Notes: generated by a model not told the origin, from the letters alone. DNA of 16,699 nucleotides from Candidatus Methylomirabilia bacterium (GCA_046758965.1 JBHIBG010000059.1:1-16699); one strand, 5' to 3'; shown: positions 1 through 7,083, numbered from the stretch's first letter. Made by a program: numbers and translations.

Positions 1-987
1 CAGAGCCCCGGCAAACCCCATGAGGTGGCCGGACTCTGGGGTCTGGTGGGGCTTTCCCGGCAGGCCCTGAACGACGAGGAAGCCGCCAGGGCAGCCTTCA
101 AGAAGGCGATCAGCGTGGCCCCCGAACCCGAGCAGGCCACTTACCGGCGCTACCTGGCCGAACTGGCTGCCAACGTGGCGAACCGGCTCGTCACGCGCGT
201 CGAGACCCGTGCCCGGATCTCGGAGGAGGAACGCCTGCAGACGTTACGGGAAGCTGCAGGTTGGCTCCGCCGGGGGCTTGAAATGATGCCCGGCGATGAG
301 ACCCTCGCCTCCTCTCTTGCGCGAACGCGGAGTGGGCTCTGGGCCGCCTACGGCCAGCGGTCAACCACCTTAGTCCAGCGTGGGGAATTCCAAGGGGCTC
401 GTCGGCTCATGCGGGAGGCACTAGCAGACGAGGATCTGCCGCCCGACCGTCGGGAGGTCTTCGAGGATCTGATGGCGACCAGCTGCACAGGGGAAATCGG
501 GCATCTCACGGCCCACGCCGTCCGTATCATGGAGGAGGAGCGTCAGGCGGAAGCCCTGGATGCGCTACGTCAGGCCGAGGGTCTCCTCGGCGACATTCGC
601 GAGGACCGCCTCCCTCAAGCCAAGCGGGACGAGATCAGACGCCGGCTCTGGTGGGGGTACACCAAGCTTGGGCTCAGCCGCATGGAGTCCGAGGCGTTCG
701 AGACCGCCGTTGAGCCACTCCTTCACGCGCTGAGAATTGGGCCGCCAGACGCAGAGCGGGAGCGGCAGACTCGCCTCGCCGCGCTCCAAGCGCTTGAGGG
801 GGCAGCCGACGGGCACGCCGCCGCCATCGGCCAGTTGGCCGGGGCCGGCAAGCGCGAGGCCGCCGTCAGCAAGGGGGAGCATCTACGGGCGCTGATTCGC
901 GAGGCGCTGGAGGTGGGGCTGACCGAGGAGGAGCTGGCCCGGACCCGCGAGGCCGTCCAGCAGATCGAGCACGGCGGGGGGCGCTGA
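1..987 (+). CDS. Tetratricopeptide-repeat / alpha-helical repeat protein, 5'-partial
   Basis: Frame is open from base 1 to TGA at 985-987. It contains repeated TPR-like helix pairs (e.g. LVGLSRQALNDEEAARAAFKKAISVAP; YTKLGLSRMESEAFETAVEPLLHALRIGP). The true start is probably upstream of the window. Confidence 0.75.
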   Translation, partial: QSPGKPHEVAGLWGLVGLSRQALNDEEAARAAFKKAISVAPEPEQATYRRYLAELAANVANRLVTRVETRARISEEERLQTLREAAGWLRRGLEMMPGDETLASSLARTRSGLWAAYGQRSTTLVQRGEFQGARRLMREALADEDLPPDRREVFEDLMATSCTGEIGHLTAHAVRIMEEERQAEALDALRQAEGLLGDIREDRLPQAKRDEIRRRLWWGYTKLGLSRMESEAFETAVEPLLHALRIGPPDAERERQTRLAALQALEGAADGHAAAIGQLAGAGKREAAVSKGEHLRALIREALEVGLTEEELARTREAVQQIEHGGGR

Positions 988-1086
988 GCGCCGCCTCGAG
1001 GATGCCTGCTCGCTCAACATCTGCATGTTTGTGTCCACTTCGGGCAGGACGCCACTGGCGCCGGGCCGAGAACCGAGCAGATGAAG

Positions 1087-1345
1087 GAGGCGGGGAGGTG
1101 TCCAGCACCCCACTCGGCTCCGCCTCGTGAGGACCCCGACCCACCGGAGGCGTACCGACCCAGCCCGCCTGCGGCGGGACTGGGTGCCCGCAAAGGAGCG
1201 GGGGACGACCGACAGATGATCAATGGCCGAAGGCCCTCCCTGGCGGGCACCCACGGAGTGGGTCGTGCGACGGTTATCGGCACGGCGCTAGGGCCGTACC
1301 CCGTGGACCTCACTCGAGGCGCCACGGTCGGGGTGCTCAGCGTGT
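1087..1345 (-). ncRNA. Candidate structured non-coding RNA, family not recognised
   Basis: A 13-bp closing stem (1128-1141/1326-1339) encloses several helices, including a perfect 11-bp stem (1181-1191/1243-1253). A promoter-like element lies just upstream on the - strand. No credible protein ORF covers it. Confidence 0.4.
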
Positions 1346-1351
1346 CGATTG

Positions 1352-1380
1352 ATCTTACGCCGCCGTCGGCGTGTCGTCAG
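1352..1380 (-). promoter_or_regulatory. Putative sigma70 promoter inside the 3' end of the cyclase gene
   Basis: CTGACG (1380-1375)-N17-TAAGAT (1357-1352). The -10 element overlaps the TAA stop of the GGDEF gene. Confidence 0.4.
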
Positions 1381-2362
1381 GGGTGGGTCGGTGGAGGGCG
1401 ACGCGGTCCTTCCCCGATCGCTTCGCCGCGTAGAGCGCTTCATCCGCGGCCTGGATCAGGTCTCCGGAGCTGGTGACCACATCCTCCGGCACGCCTGCGA
1501 TCCCGATGCTGACCGTAAGGCTCCGCTCGTATCTAAACTGGTAGTCCGCCACGACGTGGCGGATCCGCTCGCTGTACAGGCGCGCCCCGGCTTTCGTGGT
1601 CTCCACGAGGAGGATCATGAACTCATCACCCCCATACCGGGAGATCACGTTGATCCCGCGGGACTGCCTGAGGAGAAGCTCGGCTGCCTCCCGGAGAATT
1701 TGGTCACCGGCCGTGTGCCCCAGCTCGTCGTTGATGGCTTTGAAGCCGTCGAAGTCGAGCAGGGCCACGGTGAGCGGGTGATTGAACCGGTGGTACCGAC
1801 TGATCTCCTCCTCTAATCGAGTGAGGAAGAAGCGCCGGTTGTAGAGCCCCGTCACTTCATCCTTGAACGAGAGCTCAAGCCGGGCGTTGGCGGACTGAAG
1901 CTCTTTATAGGCCGACTCGAGCTGAGTCGCCAGAGCGTTGATCTCTGTGGCCTGGTGTCCGATCGTGCTGACCATGCGGGAGACGGAGGTCATGATGGTG
2001 CCCAGCTCGTCGGAGCGCACATCCTCGTGCACCTCCACGGGTGCGGTGACCAGCTCTGCCGAGCGGGTGACGGCTCGAGCGACGTCCCAGATCACGAAGC
2101 CGCCAGCTACGACGAGAAGGCCGGTGAAGAAGATCAGCACCACGAAAACAGTAGTGAGCCCCTGCTGTCCGGTCGGTTCGCGCAGGAACAGGGCGTACAC
2201 GTTGAGCATATAGGTCAGGACCAGGAGCGGAACGACGGCAGACAAGACCAATCCCAGAATGATCTTGTGCTTGACGCCTCGACCCGGGAAGGCGACCTCC
2301 TGCAGCCTCATTTTGGACGGTGCGCCACCCCTCGGCACGGCGAGGTTCCACCCATCAGCCAT
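1355..2362 (-). CDS. Membrane-bound diguanylate cyclase (2 TM helices, HAMP-like linker, coiled coil, GGDEF)
   Basis: Motifs DEVTGLYNRR, DFDGFKAINDELGHTAGD, RYGGDEF and ADEALYAAKRSGKD; two hydrophobic N-terminal segments. The start is uncertain (ATG 2362 or ATG 2311). Confidence 0.93.
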   Translation of the reverse strand: MADGWNLAVPRGGAPSKMRLQEVAFPGRGVKHKIILGLVLSAVVPLLVLTYMLNVYALFLREPTGQQGLTTVFVVLIFFTGLLVVAGGFVIWDVARAVTRSAELVTAPVEVHEDVRSDELGTIMTSVSRMVSTIGHQATEINALATQLESAYKELQSANARLELSFKDEVTGLYNRRFFLTRLEEEISRYHRFNHPLTVALLDFDGFKAINDELGHTAGDQILREAAELLLRQSRGINVISRYGGDEFMILLVETTKAGARLYSERIRHVVADYQFRYERSLTVSIGIAGVPEDVVTSSGDLIQAADEALYAAKRSGKDRVALHRPTPDDTPTAA

Positions 2363-2445
2363 CTCCTCGCCACCGGTGAGCTTTCCGCCTCTACGCAACT
2401 GCTGTTCATGACACGCACGTTCTGTGCGTTGATCGTCTCTCGTCC

Positions 2446-2474
2446 AGTATTTGATGCCATTTTGGAAAAGTCAA
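2446..2474 (-). promoter_or_regulatory. Putative sigma70 promoter for the diguanylate cyclase
   Basis: TTGACT (2474-2469)-N17-AATACT (2451-2446) in an AT-rich patch. Confidence 0.45.
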
Positions 2475-2496
2475 GAAATGGGGTTTGGGTGGTTCC

Positions 2497-2525
2497 TTGA
2501 CACGGTCTGAGTCTGCGGGTAGTGT
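2497..2525 (+). promoter_or_regulatory. Putative sigma70 promoter for the tusA-iscS-like operon
   Basis: Consensus -35 TTGACA (2497-2502)-N17-TAGTGT (2520-2525). Confidence 0.65.
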
Positions 2526-2572
2526 TTGGATCATCATGGCGCACTGCTGGAGAAGAGGGAGTGTCTTGCACG

Positions 2573-2806
2573 GTGGCCGATCCTGACCGAAGCATCGACT
2601 GCATCGGTCTGTTCTGCCCGATGCCCATCCTGAAGATCGGGGAGGCGATCAGGGAGCTCGGGGTAGGACAGGTGATCGAGATGGTGGCGGACGATCCGGC
2701 TGCTGAGGCCGATATGAAGAGTTGGTCGAAGCGGACTGGGCATGCGCTCTTGGACGTGTTCAGGAATGGCGGCGTCTATCGCTTCCTGGTCCGGAAGACC
2801 CGCTAG
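2573..2806 (+). CDS. tusA: TusA/SirA-family sulfur carrier protein
   Basis: About 77 aa with IDCIGLFCPMP (CPxP motif), ADDPAAEADMKSW and C-terminal YRFLVRK. GTG 2573 follows GAGGGAG; GTG 2561 is an alternative start. Confidence 0.9.
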   Translation: MADPDRSIDCIGLFCPMPILKIGEAIRELGVGQVIEMVADDPAAEADMKSWSKRTGHALLDVFRNGGVYRFLVRKTR

Positions 2807-2828
2807 GGCGCGCGCGCAGGAGCCCTCG

Positions 2829-3992
2829 GTGCCGGTGCGGGCGTATCTCGACTACGGCGGGTTTGCTCCCGCCGACCCGAGAGTCCTCGCGGTGATGCGC
2901 CCATTCTTGGAGGGTGGGGTCGGGAACCCTTCAGCGGTGCACTCGCTCGGGCGTGAGGCCAAGGAGTCGCTGGAAGCGTCCCGAGCTAAAGTTGCCCGCC
3001 TCGTGGGGGGGGCCGCAAGCGGCGTAATCTTCACCTCCGGCGCCACCGAAGCGAGCAACCTGGCGATCAAGGGAGTGGCCCTCCGCGCCAGCGACTGCAG
3101 CGGCCATGTGGTGAGCTCTGCTGTCGAGCATGTTTCTGTTCTCAACCCGTGCCGGGAACTCCAGAAGCGGGGGTTCGAAGTGACCTTACTCCCCGTAGAC
3201 GGCGAAGGGAGCGTGGACCCTGATGCGCTTAGGCGCGCGGTCCGCCGGGATACCGTCCTGATCTCCATCCAGGCGGCCAGCCCGGAAACGGGCACGATCC
3301 AGCCGACCGCGGCCCTCGGACGGATCGCGCGGGAATTCGGCGTGCCCTTCCACGTAGATGCGGTCGGCGCCGCTGGGCACGTTCCCCTCGCCGCGGACGA
3401 GCTCGGGATCGACCTCCTGACCCTCTCCGGGAACGATCTCTACAGCGCACCAGGGGCCGGCGCCCTCTGGGTGCGCCCTGGCGTGAAGCTGCTCCCTCAA
3501 GCCATCGGCGGGGGGCAGGAGCGAGGGTACCGTTCTGGGACCGAGAATCTCCCGGCCATCGTGGGGATGGGAGTGGCCGCAGACCTGGCGCGCCAGGAGG
3601 GACCGGAAGAGGCGCGGAGACTCTCCGTCTTGCGGGATCGTTTGCTGCAGGGTCTGACCGCCCTCCCCGACTGCCGCCTCACTGGCTCGTCCGTCCACCG
3701 GCTTCCCCACCACGCCAGCGTCTCTCTGCGGGGGGTCAAGTCTGACAGCGTGCTTATGGATCTGGACCTCCAGGGGGTGATTGCCTCCTCCGGCTCTGCC
3801 TGTGCGTCCATGACTCACGAGCCCTCGCACGCGCTCCGGGCCATCGGTCTGGACCCCGAGGAGACCGAGGGCGCCCTCTGCTTTACGTTGGGTCGGTGGA
3901 CGACGGCTCCTGAGATCGAGATGGTACTGTCCGTCCTTCCGCCCGTTGTCAGCCGGCTCCGGGCGCTCGCTCCCTCGAGGCCGGTCCGCTGA
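2829..3992 (+). CDS. IscS/NifS-like class V aminotransferase-fold protein lacking the PLP lysine (SGND instead of SxHK)
   Basis: Motifs GNPS, FTSGATE, EHxSV, GGGQERGxRSGTEN and SSGSAC. GTG 2829 lies 6 nt after AGGAG. The Lys position is Asp (GAT 3435-3437). Confidence 0.92.
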   Translation: MPVRAYLDYGGFAPADPRVLAVMRPFLEGGVGNPSAVHSLGREAKESLEASRAKVARLVGGAASGVIFTSGATEASNLAIKGVALRASDCSGHVVSSAVEHVSVLNPCRELQKRGFEVTLLPVDGEGSVDPDALRRAVRRDTVLISIQAASPETGTIQPTAALGRIAREFGVPFHVDAVGAAGHVPLAADELGIDLLTLSGNDLYSAPGAGALWVRPGVKLLPQAIGGGQERGYRSGTENLPAIVGMGVAADLARQEGPEEARRLSVLRDRLLQGLTALPDCRLTGSSVHRLPHHASVSLRGVKSDSVLMDLDLQGVIASSGSACASMTHEPSHALRAIGLDPEETEGALCFTLGRWTTAPEIEMVLSVLPPVVSRLRALAPSRPVR

Positions 3993-4693
3993 TGCGCCTG
4001 CTCCTCTTCGATGTAGACGGCACGCTCGTCACGGCCCGGGGCGCCGGGCGTCGCGCCATGGCTTCCGCGTTCGTCCAGGTCTACGGCGCGAGCGGCCCCA
4101 TCGAAGAGTACGACTTCAGGGGGAAGACCGATCTGCAGATCGTAGCCGACCTCATGGGGGCGGCGGGGGTTCCCGCACGCGAGATCGCCGCGCGCGTCCC
4201 GGCGTTTTTCGAACGGTATGTCGACGAGCTCCGCGCCGAGATCGGAGCGGGAGAACGGGTGGAGCTGATGCCGGGGGTCGCCGAGGTCGTTGTAAGGCTG
4301 ACCGATCGCCCGGATGCGCTGGTGGGGCTCCTGACCGGGAATATCGAGGCCGGCGCCCGGGTCAAATTGGAGCCCACCGGGCTCTGGCGGTATTTCCGCC
4401 TCGGCGCCTACGGCTCCGACGATCCGGACCGGGCTCGGCTCCTGGAGGTGGCGCTCCGCCGGGCCGAGACGCTTGTGGGTCGGGCCTTTCAGCCGCGGGA
4501 AGTGGTGGTGATCGGCGATACGCCGCTGGACATCGACTGCGCCCGGGCCTCCGGGGCGGTCGCGGCGGCTGTGGCAACAGGTCAACACAGCCTGGAGGAG
4601 CTCGCCGCATTCGGCCCGGATTTCCTGTTCCCCGACTTTTCTGACGTGCCGCGGGTCTTGGCGACGCTGCTCAACGGAGACCCTCGGCGCTGA
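3992..4693 (+). CDS. HAD-superfamily hydrolase (phosphatase)
   Basis: Motif I FDVDGTL, motif II LLTGN, motif IV IGDTPLD. TGATG overlap with the upstream stop. Confidence 0.92.
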   Translation: MRLLLFDVDGTLVTARGAGRRAMASAFVQVYGASGPIEEYDFRGKTDLQIVADLMGAAGVPAREIAARVPAFFERYVDELRAEIGAGERVELMPGVAEVVVRLTDRPDALVGLLTGNIEAGARVKLEPTGLWRYFRLGAYGSDDPDRARLLEVALRRAETLVGRAFQPREVVVIGDTPLDIDCARASGAVAAAVATGQHSLEELAAFGPDFLFPDFSDVPRVLATLLNGDPRR

Positions 4694-5145
4694 GGCTCCT
4701 GGCGCTCTGGCTCCACCTCCTCTCCGCCGTGGTGTGGTTGGGAGGGCTCCTCTTCCAGAGCCACATTCTCCTCCCCGTTCTCATGAAAGACAGGCAGACC
4801 GCGTGGGCAGCCAGACTGCTTCGCCGGGCTCGCCCGGTGAGTTGGGTTGCCGTGCTCGTACTTGTCGCGACGGGGCTTTATAACCTCGCGCGCCTGAACC
4901 TCAGCGTGCTGACCGGGACTCAGCTGGGAACGTTGCTGGCGTTGAAGATCTTTCTGGTGATCGTGGCGGTGATGCTGTCGGCCCACCGTGATTTCGGGGT
5001 AGTCCCGAGGCTGGCTCGAGAGTTGGGTTCGGGAGATGACGGCACACGGCAGCTCCGGGTGATCGGGTGGATCGACCGGGTGGTGATCCTCCTCGGCGTG
5101 GCCATGCTGTACCTGGGGCTGGCAGTCAGCCGGGAAGGGTTCTAG
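4690..5145 (+). CDS. CopD-like / DUF4149-like four-helix membrane protein
   Basis: WLHLLSAVVWLGG N-terminal motif, LVATGLYN, LALKIFLV and four hydrophobic segments. The first canonical start is GTG 4729, but the motif extends upstream to CTG 4690. Confidence 0.75.
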   Translation: MRLLALWLHLLSAVVWLGGLLFQSHILLPVLMKDRQTAWAARLLRRARPVSWVAVLVLVATGLYNLARLNLSVLTGTQLGTLLALKIFLVIVAVMLSAHRDFGVVPRLARELGSGDDGTRQLRVIGWIDRVVILLGVAMLYLGLAVSREGF

Positions 5146-5177
5146 CCCCGGTCCGAAGATTGCGCGGGCGCTCGCTG

Positions 5178-5298
5178 AGCGGGCCACCGGGTGCTGTCCC
5201 GGCGGGCAGCCCCCGGCGTCCTCGCACCCTGCCCGGTGTGGGGACCCCGCTGCGGGCGGCGGGGGCGCCCCGCCCGCCACGCCACCCGCTGGCCCGCT
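5178..5298. repeat. Inverted-repeat-bounded GC-rich structured element between convergent genes
   Basis: AGCGGGCCA-C-CGGGTG (5178-5193) pairs with CACCCG-C-TGGCCCGCT (5283-5298). Internal stems lie at 5203-5209/5229-5235 and 5252-5259/5270-5277. Confidence 0.5.
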
Positions 5299-5332
5299 GC
5301 ACGACCGGCCGGCGGTTTCTGTGGAGCACGGC

Positions 5333-6412
5333 TCAGGTGAGCGGGTGCACACCGAGCGAGCTGGCGATCTCGGCGAGCTGCTCTGCCAGCATCGGGGCTA
5401 GCGGGATCCCTTCTCTCAGCCGCACCTTCTCGCACTCGGCTTCGGGTTGACCGGCCACCAGCACCCGTTCTGCTCCCTCGGCAGGCGGCGTGGCCTTGAG
5501 CGCCCGCAGCATATCGTCCATCGCAGCTCTGAACTCCTCAACCGGGCGGAGCCGGGCGATCTCGATGGCCCCGAAGAAGTGGCCTACGTTGGTCTGCCGG
5601 CGCTCGGCCATGTCAGCCCGAAGAAAGAGGTCTCCGTACACCGCTCCAGGAAGCACCCCCGAGAGGATGTCCACCACCACCCCGAGCCCGTACCCCTTGT
5701 GGCTTCCTCCCTCTCGCGTTCCCCCGAGGGGCGTCAGGAGCCGGCTCTTCAGAGCCACGTCTGGATCGAAAGTCGGGTGACCCTGCTCATCCAGGGCCCA
5801 TCCTTCGGGGATGGGCTTCCCCCAGCGAGACGCGATGGTGAGCTTGCCGATGGCGACCGTGGTGGTGGCCATGTCCAGCACGAACGGGGCTTCGGCTCCT
5901 GCTGGCACCGCTACACTGAGCGGGTTGGTCGAGAGCATGGGCTGCCGGCCGAAGGTGGGCACCATGGCTGTGACAAAGGAGTTGGTCATAGCCACCCCCG
6001 CCATGCCGTGGGGGAGCGCCATCATCGAGTAGCAGGCGCAGGCGCCAAAGTGGTTGGAGTTGCGCACGGCCACGAACCCCACGCCGTAGGTCCGGGCTTT
6101 CTCGATGGCAAGCTCCATGGCTTCGGTGGAGGTCCAGTGCCCGAGTCCCCGTCGGCCGTCCATGAGCGCGGTGGCCCCCGCGTCCGCGACGACGATCGGC
6201 TCGGCTCGGGGGTCGATCAACCCCGCCTGGGTCCACTCCACGTACTTAGGAAGCATGCCGACGCCGTGAGAGTCCACGCCCCGGAGATCGGTTTGGACCA
6301 TAAGGTCCGCGGTGTGCTCGGCGATGGGCCGGGGCATCCCGAGAGCCTGCAGGATGCGGGCGGTGAACTGTCTGAGCGCATCGTGACGGACGATGACCGC
6401 GTGAGATTCCAC
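5333..6412 (-). CDS. Ldh2-family (type 2 malate/L-lactate/L-sulfolactate dehydrogenase-like) oxidoreductase
   Basis: Motifs DLRGVDSHG, VRNSNHFGA, STNPLS, LDMATT, PEGWALD and GSHKGYGL. A strong SD GAGGAGG overlaps the npdG stop. Confidence 0.93.
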   Translation of the reverse strand: MESHAVIVRHDALRQFTARILQALGMPRPIAEHTADLMVQTDLRGVDSHGVGMLPKYVEWTQAGLIDPRAEPIVVADAGATALMDGRRGLGHWTSTEAMELAIEKARTYGVGFVAVRNSNHFGACACYSMMALPHGMAGVAMTNSFVTAMVPTFGRQPMLSTNPLSVAVPAGAEAPFVLDMATTTVAIGKLTIASRWGKPIPEGWALDEQGHPTFDPDVALKSRLLTPLGGTREGGSHKGYGLGVVVDILSGVLPGAVYGDLFLRADMAERRQTNVGHFFGAIEIARLRPVEEFRAAMDDMLRALKATPPAEGAERVLVAGQPEAECEKVRLREGIPLAPMLAEQLAEIASSLGVHPLT

Positions 6413-6425
6413 GGCGCGACCCTCC

Positions 6426-7073
6426 TCACAGTCCGGTGATCTTGATGCCGGAGGCCTTGAGCTTGTAGCGGCGATTGATCGTGGCCAGGACGGCGGTGAT
6501 CCCCTCGAGCGGTCCGGCGTTGGTGAGGGGCCCCGCGTCCACCGGGCGGAGCCCCAGGCTTGTCGCCAGCTCAGCCACCTGCTGCTTGGCGCCTGCGTCG
6601 TTGCCGCACAGGAGGAGATCGCACTCGATGGGGTGGTCCACGGAGGCGAGCGCGTGAGCGGCGATATGGTGGAAGGCTGCCACCACCCGCGCGTCGGGAC
6701 CCAGCAGAGCCTGGGCTTCCTCAGCTGCGGATCCGATCGCGGGAGGCGTGAAGAGCCGCCCGGCGCCGAAGCTCAGGGGCACGACGGTGCTCGCGACCAC
6801 CTTTCCCCGACAGACCTCCTTGACCTCGGACAGAATCGTGGCGAGTCCGGCGTACGGGAGAGCGAGCACCACCAGCTCCCCGGCGCGAGCCGCGTCCAGG
6901 TTGCTCAAGCCGTGAATGCTGCCTGATTGGATTTGGCGGGCGAACTCCTCGGCTTTGGCGCGGGCACGCTCGGCGTTCCGGGATCCGATCACGACCTCGT
7001 GACCTGCCAGCGCCCACCGGAGTGCGAGCCCCGCCCCTTCGTTGCCCGTTCCGCCCAGGATCGCGATCCGCAT
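6426..7073 (-). CDS. npdG: NADPH-dependent F420 reductase (F420H2:NADP+ oxidoreductase)
   Basis: MRIAILGGTGNEGAGLALRW, IGSR, GSAAE, VVAAFH, DAGPLxNA, INRRYK and GIKITGL; ATG at 7073. Confidence 0.93.
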   Translation of the reverse strand: MRIAILGGTGNEGAGLALRWALAGHEVVIGSRNAERARAKAEEFARQIQSGSIHGLSNLDAARAGELVVLALPYAGLATILSEVKEVCRGKVVASTVVPLSFGAGRLFTPPAIGSAAEEAQALLGPDARVVAAFHHIAAHALASVDHPIECDLLLCGNDAGAKQQVAELATSLGLRPVDAGPLTNAGPLEGITAVLATINRRYKLKASGIKITGL

Positions 7074-7083
7074 CGGCACGGCG

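Noticed and set aside
1084..1130. AAGGAGG followed by GTG and a 10-codon ORF ending in TGA (small peptide or Sec read-through)
   Set aside because: The read-through product has no recognisable selenoprotein motif, and the SD is part of a hairpin arm.
1186..1200. CGCAAAG next to a diguanylate cyclase, suggesting a c-di-GMP-I riboswitch
   Set aside because: No upstream GGCAAAC/GNRA P2 arm, and the site is 3' of both flanking genes.
1205..1225. GACAGATGAT, resembling a conserved RNase P RNA segment
   Set aside because: The GAGGAAAGTCC and ACAGAA-CGGCTTA elements that form P4 are absent.
1081..1476. 131-aa + strand ORF and the overlapping - strand ORFs (883-1254, 1014-1325) in the intergenic gap
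   Set aside because: Pro/Gly/Arg-rich with no recognisable motifs, and two of them overlap real genes. The region is better explained by secondary structure.
3992..4693. HAD enzyme as the ribitylaminouracil-phosphate phosphatase feeding CofH
   Set aside because: Chemically plausible for HADs, but the gene is in a separate, convergent operon and nothing in the sequence indicates its substrate.
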